Source: Octopus bimaculoides (Eukaryota). From it: 64,000 nt of DNA. Positions 26,838-40,746 of this stretch are shown here, one piece after another (position 1 is the stretch's first letter; each line of letters starts with the position of its first letter). The stretch is taken from the NCBI RefSeq assembly GCF_001194135.2, contig NC_068981.1, positions 21,536,087 through 21,600,086 of the forward strand, in the 5' to 3' direction. The notes under the pieces are model-generated. The model was given only the letters and a program-made list of their open reading frames with translations. It did not search any database and was not told the DNA's origin. The translations under genes and the position numbers were made by a program.

Positions 26838-27000
26838 GTAAGTTTTTAAAGATGTTTATTATCTTTGTTATGTGAAGTGTCTTGGGATGTGTTTTACTAA
26901 GCATTTTCTGGGAAAACCAATAAATAAATTATCATGATCATCATCTAACTCCTTAGTAATCAAATTATTCTGTCAAATGCAATGCTTATTTATTCACATT

Positions 27001-27265
27001 CATCATCATCATCATCATCATCACCGTTTAACGTCCGCTTTCCATGCTAGCATGGGTTGGACGATTTGACTGAGGACTGGTGAAACCAGATGGCAACACC
27101 AGGCTCCAATCTGATTTGGCAGAGTTTCTACAGCTGAATGCCCTTCCTAATGCCAACCACTCCGAGAGTGTAGTGGGTGCTTTTACATGCCACCGGCACG
27201 AAGGCCAGTCAAGGGGTACTGACAACGGCCACACTCGAAATGGTGTATTTTACGTGCCACCTGCA
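27001..27265 (-). mobile_element. Young LINE-tail retroelement, (CAT)n-gtttaacgtccgctttccatgctagcatgggttgg family
   Basis: Near-identical copies at 47425-47905, 55505-55655, 57958-58153, 60886-61440 and 63957-64000. Older relatives at 11470-11680, 27965-28195, 29340-29680, 32580-32930, 40098-40305, 49560-49785, 50100-50350, 52400-52590 and 60650-60872. Confidence 0.9.
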
Positions 27266-28599
27266 CAATCATCTATTATCTTGTAGCTTTGAGATTTTGA
27301 TGATGTGTGTATTTTTAAAATGATATTGTAGGGTAGGTGTGAGTAGCTGGATTTGGTCAGTTTGAACATAAAGTAGGTAGAATATGTGGAACTATATTCT
27401 ACCTATTTTATGGCCAGTTTAAATACCTAAGGGTTAAAGGTCATTTTGCATGCTGGCACGAGAAAGATTATTTGACCCAGTACTGTATGGAATTCCAAGC
27501 TCAATTTTATCAAGGTTTCTGTGGCTGGATACCCTTCTTAATGCCAAACACTTTAAAGTGTACACTGGGTACTTTTTGTGCCACCTGACACTAGTGAAGT
27601 CACTATGTAACTTGCAAGACAGGAAAAGGAAAGGTAAAACCCCATCAACTGGGGAGGAGAAAGTGGGGCTATGGTATTTGAGAGGCAGAGGTGGCTTTAT
27701 GCTAGGTGTCAAGAGTGAGACAAGTACAGGTTTCCTGCTATAGAGGAGCTACATGGCTACCCTACATTATATGGGCTGGAATAACTGGTAAGGAAGAAGA
27801 TAAAGATGCTAGTTAGTGATGTGGTGCCAGAGCAAAGTCTCAGGGTACAAGAAGGTGAGTGCAAGAGAAATTAAGGAGGTACATGAGATTTGAAAATCAC
27901 TAGAATTTTGAAGTAATCACAAGCAGCAACTTTTTGATGGTGCACCCTTGGAGTTCTTAAGTATTATTTCGTCATCATCATTTAACATCCATATTTCATG
28001 CTGGCATGGGTTGGATGGTTTGACAGGAGCTGGTAAGGCCAGGAGTTATATTAGGCTCCTTTGTCTGTTTTGGCATGGTTTCTATGGCTGGATGCCCTTC
28101 CTAATGCCAACCACTTTACAGAGTGTACTAGATGCTTTTTACATGACATCAACACCAGTGCTTTTTATATGGCATTAGCATCAGTGCTGTTTATGAAAAA
28201 TAGATAAATAAATAGAAATATATTATCTAAATTGTCAAATATGGCTGTGTGGTAAAAAAAAGAGCTCACTTTGCTTCCACGTGGTTTATCGGTTCAGTCC
28301 TACTACTTAGTACCCAGAGTAAGTGTCTTCTACTATAGCCCTGGACGGACCAATGCCTTGTGAATGAATTTGCTTGATGGAAACTATATAGAAGCTTGTT
28401 ATGTGTTTGTATGTGCCTTTGTGTCTGTGTTTGTTGCTCCCATCACTTGACAGCCAGTGTTGGTATATTTACATCCCCATAACTTACTACTTCAGCATAA
28501 GAGACCAATAGAATCAATACCAAACTTAAAAAGTAAATACTGGGATTGATCTGTTTGACTAAGGTGGTGCCCCAGCATAGCTGAAACCCAATGACAGAA

Positions 28600-30311
28600 T
28601 CAAGTAAAAGATAACAGATATGAAACAGGCATCTCTTCCTCCATTTACAGGAACCCTTTGTCCAGCATCTGTTTAGTGCTGGCCTTTATTTTAATTTACA
28701 TTACTCACCACACTAGGCTTCTTGGTTGGCATTGGTACCTAGGTGGATTTTGACTCAGAATTTATAGAGCCAGGACACAAGGCATTTGACCCAACATTCC
28801 TACAGTTCTGCCAAACCAGATTATTATATTTGTATCCTGGTGCCACATAAAAAGCACTGATGACGGTGCCACATTAAAAGCACTGGTGCTACATAATAAT
28901 CACTGGTGATGGTTCCATGTAAAAAGCATTTGTGATGGTGTCACATAAAAAGCACTCATGCTGTGCCTAGGAGGAGCATCCAACCATAGAAACCATGCCA
29001 GAATAGAAAATGAAGCCTGGAGTAGCCTCTCACATTACCAGATCTGTCAAACTGTCCAACCCATGCCAGTATGCAAAAAGTAGATGTTAAATTATGATGA
29101 TTATGGTGTATCAACCCCAAAAAGATGAAAATCAGACTTGAACTCAGTGAGATTTGATCTCATGACACAGAGAATCAGAACATATTGTGCTAAGCATTCA
29201 ATCTGACATTGAAATGGCTTTGTTAGTGTGTTATCTTTCCAGATATGATTAATAGCAAATTATACATTGTCTGTTTTGAGCCATTTAAAAAAAGGTATCC
29301 ACTATTGTGTTTCACAGTATCCAACCATTTTATGATATCAACATCATCATGATCGTCTAACATTGATTTTCCATGCTGGCATGGGTTGGATGATTTCACA
29401 GGAGCTGGGAAGCTGGAAAGCTGCACCAGGCTCCATTTGTCTGCTTTAGCATGCTGTCTATGACTGGATGCCCTTCCTAATGCCAAACACTTAATAGTGT
29501 ATTGGATGCATTTTATATGGCTCCTGGACAAATGCTTTTCATGTAGCACCAGCACAAGTGCTTTTTACATGACACCACCACAAGACCTTTTTACATGACA
29601 ACAGCACAGGTGCTTTTTATATGGCACCAGTCTTGTCACTATATACCATGCAAGACAAACACCTAGTTGAATGACAGAGATTACAGTTTTACTTAAAGGC
29701 TTAAGATAACATTATTAGGCATGACAAATGAATGTGCTAAAAGAAAAAATTTCCAGTACCCCTGCTCTAATTTCATAATCTCAGCCTATATTACATTGCT
29801 AACACTGACCATAGATAAGCTTGCATTGTTCAAACATTTACAGACATCATTCAATGCTATAGGTGTGGCTATAACTTCACAGGATATGCTGTCCCAAGAT
29901 TTTGAAACTTGATCATTGACTAGTCTCTATTTTAAAAATGGTTGGGAATGGATTGCACTAGTTCTGTTTGTGTGTTGCACTGTGTAAATAGGTGTGGTTT
30001 ATATGAGAGAGGATATCGGTTTGACTAGTAACACTAGTCTTCCACTGATTTCTTTATATGTTATATCTGACTATATTGCTTAGGATAACCTACCATTCAG
30101 GTTATACGGAACAACCTGAATTACGTAATCATAGTCTCTTTCTCCCACCCCACTGTATATATGTGGATTCTTATGTAAATAAAATTACAGTTGCATCATT
30201 CTACACATGATTGCATCATTCTACACATGCTTTAATTCTAACCATGTAATTACACATATTTGTGTGTGTGTGTGTGTGTATCATATACACATATTTGTGT
30301 ATGTATGTTTG

Positions 30312-30349
<38 letters not shown>

Positions 30350-32640
30350 GGGGGGGGGTATGTATCATCATTCTTGTTTAACGTCTGCTTTCCATACTGG
30401 CATGGGTTGGATGGTTTGACTGAAGTCCAATGATTGAGTCAAATAAAAGATAACAGATATGAAACAGTTATCTCTTCCATTTACAGGAACCCTTTGTCCA
30501 ATATCTGTTTAGTGCTAGCCTTTATTTCAGTTTACGTTACCTACCACACTAGGCCTCTAGGTTGGCATTGGCACATTTTTGGCACCTTCGTGGATTTGGC
30601 TCAGAATTTAGAGAGCCAGGACATTTACCACAAGGCATCTGATCCAACATTTCTACAACTCTGCCAAACCATCAACCTAGATTGTTATATTTGTGTCATT
30701 ATACCACAAAAGGTACTGGTGCCATGCAAAAAGCAATGGTAATGGTGTCACATAAAAAGTGCCAGTGATGATACCACATAAAATGTATAAAATAGTACTG
30801 ATGCCACATAAGGAGCACCAATGCTGGTGCCACATAAAAAGCATTCGTGCTGATGCCACATATAAAGCACTTATGTGGGTTCCACAAAATGCACTAGTGA
30901 TGGTGCCACATATAAAGCATTCAGTAAAGTGGTTGATATTTGGAAGGGCATTTAGCCATAGAAACCATGCCAGGATGGTCAGTGGAGCCTAGTGCAAACC
31001 CCAGCCTTACCAGCTCCTGTCAAACTATCCAACCCATGCCAGTATGGAGAAAAAATGTTAAATGATGATGATGATGATGATGATGTATCAGCCCCAAAAG
31101 GATGAAAAGCAAACTTGAACTCAGTGAGATTTGATCTCAGGACACAGAGAATCAGGACATATTGTGCTAAACATTCAATCTGACATTGAAATGGCTTTGT
31201 TAGTGTGTTATCTTTCCAGATATGATTAATAGCAAATTATACAATGTCTGTTTTGAGCCATCNNNNNNNNNNCAAATTATACAATGTCTGTTTTGAGCCA
31301 TCCATAAAATGGTATCCACTATTGTCTGTTTTACAGTATCCAACCATTTTATATCAACACTATCATGATTTTATGATATCAACACTAACATCAATTTTCC
31401 TTGCTGGCATGGGTTGGAAGGTTTGACAGGAGCTGGGAAGCTGGAGAGAGCTACACCAGGCTCCATTTGTCTGCTTTGACATGCTGTCTATGACTGGATA
31501 CCCTTCCTAATGCCAACCACTTAACTGTGTATTGGATGCATTTTATATGGCCCCTGGACAAATGCTTTTCATGTAGCACCAGCACAAGACCTTTTTACAT
31601 GACAGCAGCACAGGTGCTTTTTATGTGGCATCAGTCATGTCACCATATACCATGCAAGACAAACACCTAATTGAATGACGGAGATTACAGTTTTACTTAA
31701 AGGCTTAAGATAACATTACTAGGCATGACAAATGGATGTGTTAAAAGAAAAAAATTCCAGTACCCCTGCTCTAATCTCATAATCTCAGTCTATATTACAT
31801 TGCTAACACTGACAATAGACAAGCTTGCATTGTCCAACATTTATAGACATCATTGAATGCTATAGGTGTGGCTATAACTTCACAGGATATGCTGTCCCAA
31901 GATTTTGAAACTTGATCATTGACTAGTCTCTATTTTAAAAATGGTTGGGAATGGATTGCACTAGTTCTGTTTGTGTGTTGCACTGTGTAAATAGGTGTTG
32001 TTTATATGAGAGAGGATATCGGTTTGACTAGTAACACTAGTCTTCCACTGATTTCTTTATATGTTATATCTGACTATATTGCTTAGGATAACCTACCATT
32101 CAGGTTATACGGAACAACCTGAATTACGTAATCATAGTCTCTTTCTCCCACCCCACTGTATATATGTGGATTCTTATGTAAATAAAATTACAGTTGCANN
32201 NNNNNNNNTTATATGATTGTGTATAGAGGAATATATTATTTTGTTTAAAAAAGTTCCAACTCTGTCTGTTTTTTATGTTTTATTTATATTCTTGTAAAAT
32301 TAATGTGGGATATAGAATATGGAATATACAATATATAATATAAAAATGGATGGTACAATGAAATAAAGTATTGAATGTCTTATTGAATATATGGAATATG
32401 TCTTATTGAATAGATGAAATATTGAGTGTTCAATATAAAGGATTAAATATATAAAGGCGAATACGTATTTTCTATACCTTGTGGTATTTCATCATGGCCG
32501 GTACGACTGATGTATATATATCATATACACATATTTGTGTGTGTATGTATGTATATATGTGTGGTGGCGGGGTGTATGTATCATCATTCTCGTGTAACGT
32601 CTACTTTCCATACTGGCTTGAGTTGGATGGTTTGACTGAG
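28600..32640 (+). repeat. Tandem segmental duplication of about 1.85-2 kb (units about 28600-30422 and 30440-32640)
   Basis: Colinear unique and repeat-derived sequence, e.g. 29110-30197 versus 31085-32198. The second unit contains two 10-N gaps. Confidence 0.88.
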
Positions 32641-32929
32641 GACTGGTAAGCCAGTCGGCTGCACCAGGCTCCAATCTTACCGAGCAGTGTTTCTACAGTT
32701 GGATGCTTTTCCTAACGCCAACCACTCTGTGAGTGTAGTGGGTGCTTTTTATGTGCCACCAGCATGGGAGCCACTCGGGAGCACTGGCATTGACCAAGTT
32801 TGGATGGTGCATTTTATGTGCCACCGGCATGGAAGCCAGGCTGGTGGCATGGGCTACAGCTATAATTTTGATTTCAATTTTACTGAACTCAATAGCTCTT
32901 CTCAAGCATATCATATCACCTGACACTTC

Positions 32930-33300
32930 AAGTGTACTTTTAAATTGGCCAATCATGCAACACTTGCATCGGCCCATGACTGCGATCTCACTTTACTTGC
33001 CAGGTCTTCTCAATCACAGCATATCTCCAAAGGTCTCAGTCTCTTGTCATTGCCTCTGTGAGGCCAAACATTCAAAGGTCATGCTTCACCACCTCATCCC
33101 ATGTCTTCCTGAGTTTACCTCTTCCTTCTGCTATTAGGGTGTGGCACTTCCTCATACAGTTGTCTTCATCCATACATAACACATGACCATACCAGTGCAG
33201 TCATCTCTCTTGCACACCACATCTGATGCTTCTTATGTCCAACTTTTCTCTCAGGGTAGTTACACTCTGTCATGTATGCACACTGACATTACACTTTGGA
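32930..33300 (-). mobile_element. RTE LINE 3' remnant
   Basis: Reverse complement of the same segment seen at 47060-47300 and 49140-49400. Confidence 0.75.
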
Positions 33301-34079
33301 AGTCATTTGATGAATTATTATAGATGTTTACAGTTTCCGTTTGCATTGCCTCCATTCAGATTATTAACCGGTATATGTATGTATGTATGTACACACGTAC
33401 GTACGTACATTTGCTCCCTATTTTCCAACAGCTTCTAGTCGCTGATGTTACCAAAGGGAAGCAATATTATGGTTAAAGATGTGAAATTGCTGAGATCCTT
33501 TGGATGATAACTGATGAGGATTGGCAGCATTGTGTGTGTTTTCCATTTCTTTCCTTTTGTTTGTGCTTATATATATTGTGTGTTTTTTACATACATACGT
33601 ATGCTGCCGTAGACGAGCTGCAAGGAAAGCAAGAGTCCCACTGGGTCCTCACACTGATATTATGTGCCTTCATTGAAACCATGGGTTTCATGCCAAAATT
33701 GGTATAATAAACCACCTTAGGACCCACATGTAAAGCTGATAACCTAGTCATCTTCATGAAGGGCAAACCTAATAATATATAAGCAATTAGATCCTATGTG
33801 CTATGCAGAGTAGCCTTCTTGACATCATCCTTGTCCAGTTATTTTTCTCCTTTTCAACAGTTTCATCCCGAAGACCTCCTTCACCATTCTATATTGTCAT
33901 TACTAGTGTTCAGTGTAAACACCATAACCTATCCTTGTTCGCAAAATTGTCTGGTCAAATACATGTTCAATTCACTTGTGTGAAACTCTGAGTAACATTG
34001 GAGTAAACCACTGTTATGCTGTAAATATTCATTCTACATCATGTATTGCATGCTCTTTTCTTTCATTTGTGTATGTGTA

Positions 34080-34114
<35 letters not shown>

Positions 34115-34155
34115 TACACACACATAGCAGGATACTCTAATTTTTCTACTTATAG

Positions 34156-34298
34156 CTTACTTGATCCCAGTCAATCAAGACAATATGAAAACTTCAAGAA
34201 GTCCTATTCCAATATTTTACATAAATGCCAACTGTTTAATAAATCAGCTGAAGTACAGAAACACATGGCTGTTCTTCCAGAACAGAAGTCTACATTAG
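34156..34298 (+). CDS. WDR59: WDR59 exon, LLDPSQSRQYENFKKSYSNILHKCQLFNKSAEVQKHMAVLPEQKSTL
   Basis: tttttctacttatag acceptor and G|GTGAGG donor. Clear match to human WDR59 LLDPANTQQFDDFKKCYGEILYRWGLREKRAEVLKF as recalled. Confidence 0.93.
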
Positions 34299-36945
34299 GT
34301 GAGGAATTTTGATACTTACTCAGTTATTTGTGTAATGTGATTTGGTATATATAATCGTGTGTGTGTGTGTGCAGAAGTATAATTTAAGACTGTGGCCATT
34401 CTATCTTTTATCTTTCTAGCAGTGTACACCTATGATCACATCATCTAGCGTGACCTTCCTTTCTAAAGACTGTAGGGTATAATTCAAAGAGAATTCAACT
34501 GCTTTTGCATATGTGCAAAAGATGTTAAATTTCGTTATTCAGTAAAGTTAGCAAAAGAGAAATAAATTCTCTTCAAATTTAATGTTTCAAACATAAGATT
34601 CTTGTATTCCCATAACAGGACTATCAGGTGCTTAATTTCAGGTTTATATGCAACAAAACTGGAAACAACTTAATTCATACCTGATAATTGTGTGTGTGTG
34701 TGTGTGTTTAGGCACAAGTGTTGCTTAAACAAGTAAGAAGTTTGCTTCCTGGCCAGATGGTTATGGTGGCCTCAGTCTCCCAGTGTGGCACCTTGGGCAA
34801 GCTTTTCAAGCCCTAAGCCACCTTGTGATTGAATTTGGTAGACAGAAACTGTATGGAAGCCTGTCACGTGTGTGTGTGTGTAGATGGATGGATGGATGGA
34901 TGGATGTGAGTGAGTGTGTGTGTGTTGACAGTTGGTGTTGATTTGTTTACATCCCTATAACTTGGCAGTTCAGCAAAAGAGACCAATAGAGACAAATAGT
35001 CTTTAAAAGGATATGTACTGAGGTTGATCTGTTCAACCGAAAACCTTGAAGGCAGTGCCCTTCAACATGGCTACAGTCGAATGATGAAAATTTGATGAAT
35101 ATTGCATAGCTTTCTCTGAGTGGATTTTTATCTGCAGATGGCTATATCCTGATCATTAACCTCATGCTGAGGCTATTGTGACAGGTCAATTGCTTTGTAA
35201 TGGTCATCGTTCTCATGTGACAATGTTGGTGGCTGATTAAGCATATGACTTCTATGGAACTATGAAAAGCAAGAAATAACAGAAAATCTTTGTTTTTCTA
35301 GATTAACGTGCAACTTTTATCAATAGAGACAATCAGTTTTTGAGCTAAATTTGATATTTTATGAATTGTCAAGTGTCCCCAGTGCTGTAAGAATCAACAA
35401 CTTGACATGTGAACCACTACAGCCTGTTATTGGAACTTACTGGTGGTGCCATGTATTTCCTGTCACACTGTATACTGTTTAATTACAGGAAAATGTAATT
35501 ATTTTGCATTTTTACAACATTTCATAATTAAACTTTAATATTTAGCACCCATGCTATTTAAATATTCTCAAAACTATGTCGAAGAAAGGGAATAAAATAT
35601 TTTCTCAAATCATGATAATGTACACTAGTGGTACATGTGACAGTTAATGTGTTAATATTAGATTTATTGTGGCCTTTATATTTTGGATAAATAAATCTAA
35701 AAGGATGCTTATTACCCTTTTGTATAACAATTTTTCTGTCTGTTAATCTCCATTAATCAAAGTGTATCTTTTGAACTGTTTTGTCATTGCATGTGTTTCC
35801 ATGTTTCTTCTTTGTCTCTGCCTATCTCTTTACAATGACAATTTAGTCAAAATACTAAATTATTTATATATGAGATCATAACAGATCAGTTGAGAGGTAT
35901 TGGGAGTTATTGCTTATATTTTTCAGGTGTTCCTTGCCAGTTACTTTTCAACAGAAATAAACCTTTGGTCAAAAATTCCTCTGATTTTGGTAGGATCCTT
36001 GCCTACATTTAATGCTCATTGCAGCATCCCACACTGCATCACTGTGTTATCCCTAATATTCTAATACTGAGATATAGTTTCTGAACCTCAGTTTAGATTC
36101 CTTTACAAAACTGTTCAAAATTGACCTGTACACCACTAGTCATTTCAGATTCTTGCAAAAGTTCCTACAGCACTGATCATTTCAGGTTTTCGCCTCCTTA
36201 GCACCTCCTCTTCTACTGGTCATTTCAAATCTTCACTTCAGCTCCTCCTACACTCCTGTTCACCCATCACAGTGACAAGGACTGTCTAATTGACCTTAGG
36301 GATGACTGATGTGTTACACGGTGAATTTGTTTAAAGTGAAGAAGAGTTTCACACCATCAATCTCACTCCCTCTCTCTCTCTTGTCTGTAACCAACTTCAG
36401 TCCATTGGCAAGACTAGGTCAAGACAACTGAGGATGGAAATGGTTGCAGTGACTGACCAAGATGTCTTAGTTGCCTTTTTTTGTTTTCTGCTGCAATGCA
36501 GAAGTTGCTACAGCCATCTTCCTCACTGCTGAGCCATGAAGGCTTCTTCAGCTGAGTCCACCAAATCCAGTCTTCACATCCATAGGTAGGCAAGCCTTAA
36601 TATGCTAATCAACCCCAGAGCTTGGACTGTAACAGGTGCTTCTGGTCCAGATCAGGATAAATCTGGAAACAATAGTGGTTAAGAGGTGGTTCCACACTCC
36701 TCAAAACCCTGAAAATCTTGAACCAGGATCCTGCTACTGGGTGCAGTTTAAAGTCATGCTCAGGACATACCTTTTACTTTTATGGTTATTTAAAACCCTT
36801 GCTTCAGCTCCTCCTATTCTGCTGGTCATTTAAAACTTTCTCTTCACTTCCTCTTATACCACTGCTCATTTTAGACTCTTAAACACCTTACACCCAACTG
36901 TACATATTCACAGTACAATTCACACAATATATATATATATATATG

Positions 36946-36997
<52 letters not shown>

Positions 36998-37260
36998 TAA
37001 ATGATAGGATTGCTTCAATATTTCAGGGGTAGTCTGAAGTATCTAAGCAACCAGGGGATTTAGTTTATTTCTCCATTCTCCACATAATCATATGTATATA
37101 TATATATATTTCCCCATTATACATTATACATTATATACACTTCACCTCTTTATATGCAACAGTACAGCACTGTACACAGGACACCTATGTATACATCACT
37201 ATACAATCCTTTCCACTATACACACCACACCATTATATGCACCTCACCAATCTATATACA

Positions 37261-38308
37261 GATAAGAAAAAATTTGTGAAATAAGATAAAATTTGCCAAT
37301 GTTCTGCACCATGAGGACCAAAGATTTGAGGTATTTCTTGTTGCAAGACAGTGTGTGAAAGAGATGCCATAGGAGATAAATCGTGATGTCATAGGAGAGA
37401 AATGTGTCTGCATGGATGATGGTACACTTGCACTAAACAAGGCTGCAAACAGAGAGGTTTGGAGACTCCACTCTGAAAGGTTGCTCAATAAAGAGAATGA
37501 ATGGGAGAAAGAGAGTCTGCCGAATGTCGACCCAACAGAGGGACCAGCTATCCGATTTGACAGTACCATGGTAGATAAAGCAATTAAGAGTATGAAGACA
37601 GGGAAAGCCCCCAGCCCATCAGGAATCACTGCAGAGATGCTCAAAATATCTGGCAGTGTCGGCTATAGCCTAGTCACCCATATTGTTAACCAGGTGATAC
37701 ACGAAGGAGTCATACCCAATGACTGGTGTAGCAGCACCATAGTCAACTGCTACAAAGGTAAAGGTGACGCTTTAGATACAAATAATTACAGAGGTATNNN
37801 NNNNNNNNNNNNNNNNNNNNNNNNNNNNNNNNNNNNNNNNNNNNNNNNNNNNNNNNNNNNNNNNNNNNNNNNNNNNNNNNNNNNNNNNNNNNNNNNNNNN
37901 NNNNNNNNNNNNNNNNNNNNNNNNNNNNNNNNNNNNNNNNNNNNNNNNNNNNNNNNNNNNNNNNNNNNNNNNNNNNNNNNNNNNNNNNNNNNNNNNNNNN
38001 NNNNNNNNNNNNNNNNNNNNNNNNNNNNNNNNNNNNNNNNNNNNNNNNNNNNNNNNNNNNNNNNNNNNNNNNTACCTAGCCAAGGATAAACCTCTGTACC
38101 TGGCTTTTGTTGACATGGAGAAAGCCTTTGACAGGGTCCCCCGATCCCTTATCTGGTGGTCAATGAGGAAACTAAGGATAGAAGAATGGTTAGTGAGAAC
38201 TGTGCGAGCCATGTACAGAGACACTGTCAGTAAGGTGAGGGTTGGCAACGAGTACAGTGAAGAATTCTGGGTAGAGGTAGGGGTCCACCAAGGTTTAATC
38301 CTCAGGCC
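37261..38308 (+). mobile_element. RTE-clade LINE reverse-transcriptase fragment spanning an N gap
   Basis: KAIKSMKTGKAPSPSGITAEMLK, NDWCSSTIVNCYKGKGDALD..NYRG, FVDMEKAFDRVPR and VGVHQG are RT motifs. Confidence 0.93.
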
Positions 38309-38807
38309 CCTCTTTATATGCAACAATACAGCACTGTACACTGGACACCTATGTACACATCACTATACATTCCTTTCCACTATACACACCACACCATTAT
38401 ATGCACCTCACCAATCTATATACCATGCAGTTGTACACATCACTGTGCACAGGGTGCTCTGTACATACGACAAATCAGTGTAAAGGTTAAAGGTCATACA
38501 TTCATCACTAAAATATTAAAGGTCACAGTTCAGATGTGATATTAAGCACAGGGTCAGTATTAGTGTATTTTCCCCTTCTATTCCCTGTAAGTCCTGTTTA
38601 GATGTGTTCAAGAACATGTCAATGTCAGGTAATGGCAAATTGTTGGATGTCAGATTTCATCTGAAAGCACAAGCATGCACGTGCACGCACACACACTAAC
38701 ACACACACACACACACACACTTTCACTCTTTCTCCGTCTCTTTCTTATCCCCACTCTCTCTTATACAGTGTTACTTTGATAACATTCCTTTTACATTATA
38801 CTTTCAG

Positions 38808-38915
38808 AATTCAAAGCCGTTTGTCATTATTGTCTTCATGAAACAAAAGGCCCTCAATGTGATAACTGCCACAAGGTGGCTTTGCAGTGTGCAGTCTGCC
38901 AAATTGGAGTACGAG
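38808..38915 (+). CDS. WDR59: WDR59 exon, zinc-finger part (E)FKAVCHYCLHETKGPQCDNCHKVALQCAVCQIGVR
   Basis: catactttcag-type acceptor (ctttcag) and G|GTAATA donor, phase 1-1. Three CxxC pairs match human EFGVYCSHC...QCAIC...QCAICHVAVRG. Confidence 0.95.
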
Positions 38916-40746
38916 GTAATAACTAATATTTGTTGTTCCGTAATATTCCTAAGACAAAAACAATTGGTTGTTACAAATTATACTGCTCTCGCACCTGGGA
39001 AAAAAATCACGTTGTGTAAGAATTAATGGTTTAATTAATAAAATTGTAATTGATTTCCTTTTAGATCCTTTAGAAATCTTAAGTCGTTTCCACAGTCTCT
39101 AAATTATTTATAAAGATCATTTATCAGAAATGTTCTGTATTTAAATTTACTCTCGCAACACACTTTTCTTTTATTCTTCATTAAGAAATCTTTAGTAAAA
39201 ATCTTCAGGAATTAAGAAAATGTACTTAAGAAATTGAGAAATTAATCCAAAACATCTCATGAAAAATTTGAGCAATTTGAAAGGTGCTTTTTATACTGAA
39301 GAATAAAGAACACTGTGTCAATTGAATGTGGTGTAAGCGTAAAACATGACATCATGTTTGCTAAAACCACTCAGCCACAATCTATTAAGGGAAGTCCTTT
39401 GTAATTATTCATCTTAAAAAAGGAGGTACTCATTAGATAAAGTGAAAAAAAGAGACAAAATGTGGCAGTGGGAATGTCTTTGATTATAGATTTGCTAGAA
39501 ACAGTACTGACCTGGGCCTCGATAACAATTTTAGGCTAAAAAACAAAAATGTTTTCAATGTTTAGTGAGTATTAATGATTTGTTTCAAGACTGATCACCC
39601 GAACCCCTTGGAACTCACAATATACTCAACTAGAGTAAGAGAATGTCTTTCTTCTGTTTCTTCAAATATGAATATTGTTATGATTCAGTTTTGTCCAGTA
39701 ACAAAAAGCAAGAGAAATAATTGAGAAGGTCATCATGAGATTCTCTTCAATTAACTACATCAGTTTGATGTATCTAACAGAAGCAGTATTAGATTAAAAT
39801 AGCCATCAGTGTATTGTACTTAATGCAGATACATTGTGATAGGCAAATTAACTTCAGTATTTGTCCAGAGATGATATCTCCTATGGATGTACTGTTTAAA
39901 AACACAAAAATATATCATGTGCAGATGATAATCATCCAGCAGCAGCAGTGAGATGTTAGATGCACATTTCTGCCTCATTGAGCTTTGTCAGTAGCATTTA
40001 CCCACTGCCAGTCACATTGTTTTTAAACACAGTGCATCCATATAGGATATTATCCCCTAACAAATACCAGTGTTTAATTTGCCTTTTGCATACATCATCA
40101 TCATCATCTTCATCATTGTTTAACGTCCATTTTCCATGCTGGCATGGATTGGATGGTTTGACTGAGGTCTGGAAAGCCAGTGGCTGCACCTGGCTCCAAT
40201 CTGATCTGGCAATGTTTCTACAGCTGGATGCCCTTCCTAATGCCAACCACTCTGAGAATGTAGTGGGTACTTTTTATGTGCCACTGGCACAGGAGCCAGT
40301 CAGGCAATACACAAATGGCTAATTACATTAGTGTTAATTCACAGTGAAGGTGCCCGGCTTAGTAGGTAGGATATTCAACTCAAGATTGTAAAGTTATGGG
40401 TTTGGATTCTTGCAGTGCATTGTGTGCTTGAACAAGACATTTTATTCTTGGTTGCTCCAGTTCACTCAGCTGGTAAAATGAATTATACCTGTTCTTCCTT
40501 GTCATGTTCTATGTCATGCTGAATCTCCATAAGAACTACATTCAAGGTTTGCATATCTGTGGAGTGCTCAGCCACTTGCACATTAATTTCACAAGCAGGT
40601 TGTTCTGTTGACCAAATCACTGGAAACACTCTTCGTAATAACCAACAGAAAGCCAGGCCAATTCACACCATTTTGTTTTTTAATTTTAATTCACTTCAGC
40701 TTTCAATTCAATTATTCTTGTCTGATTTTCGTTCAATTTCTTGCAG

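Noticed and set aside
31232-31302. 30-bp direct repeat either side of a 10-N gap
   Set aside because: Typical overlap of unmerged contig ends, an assembly artefact.
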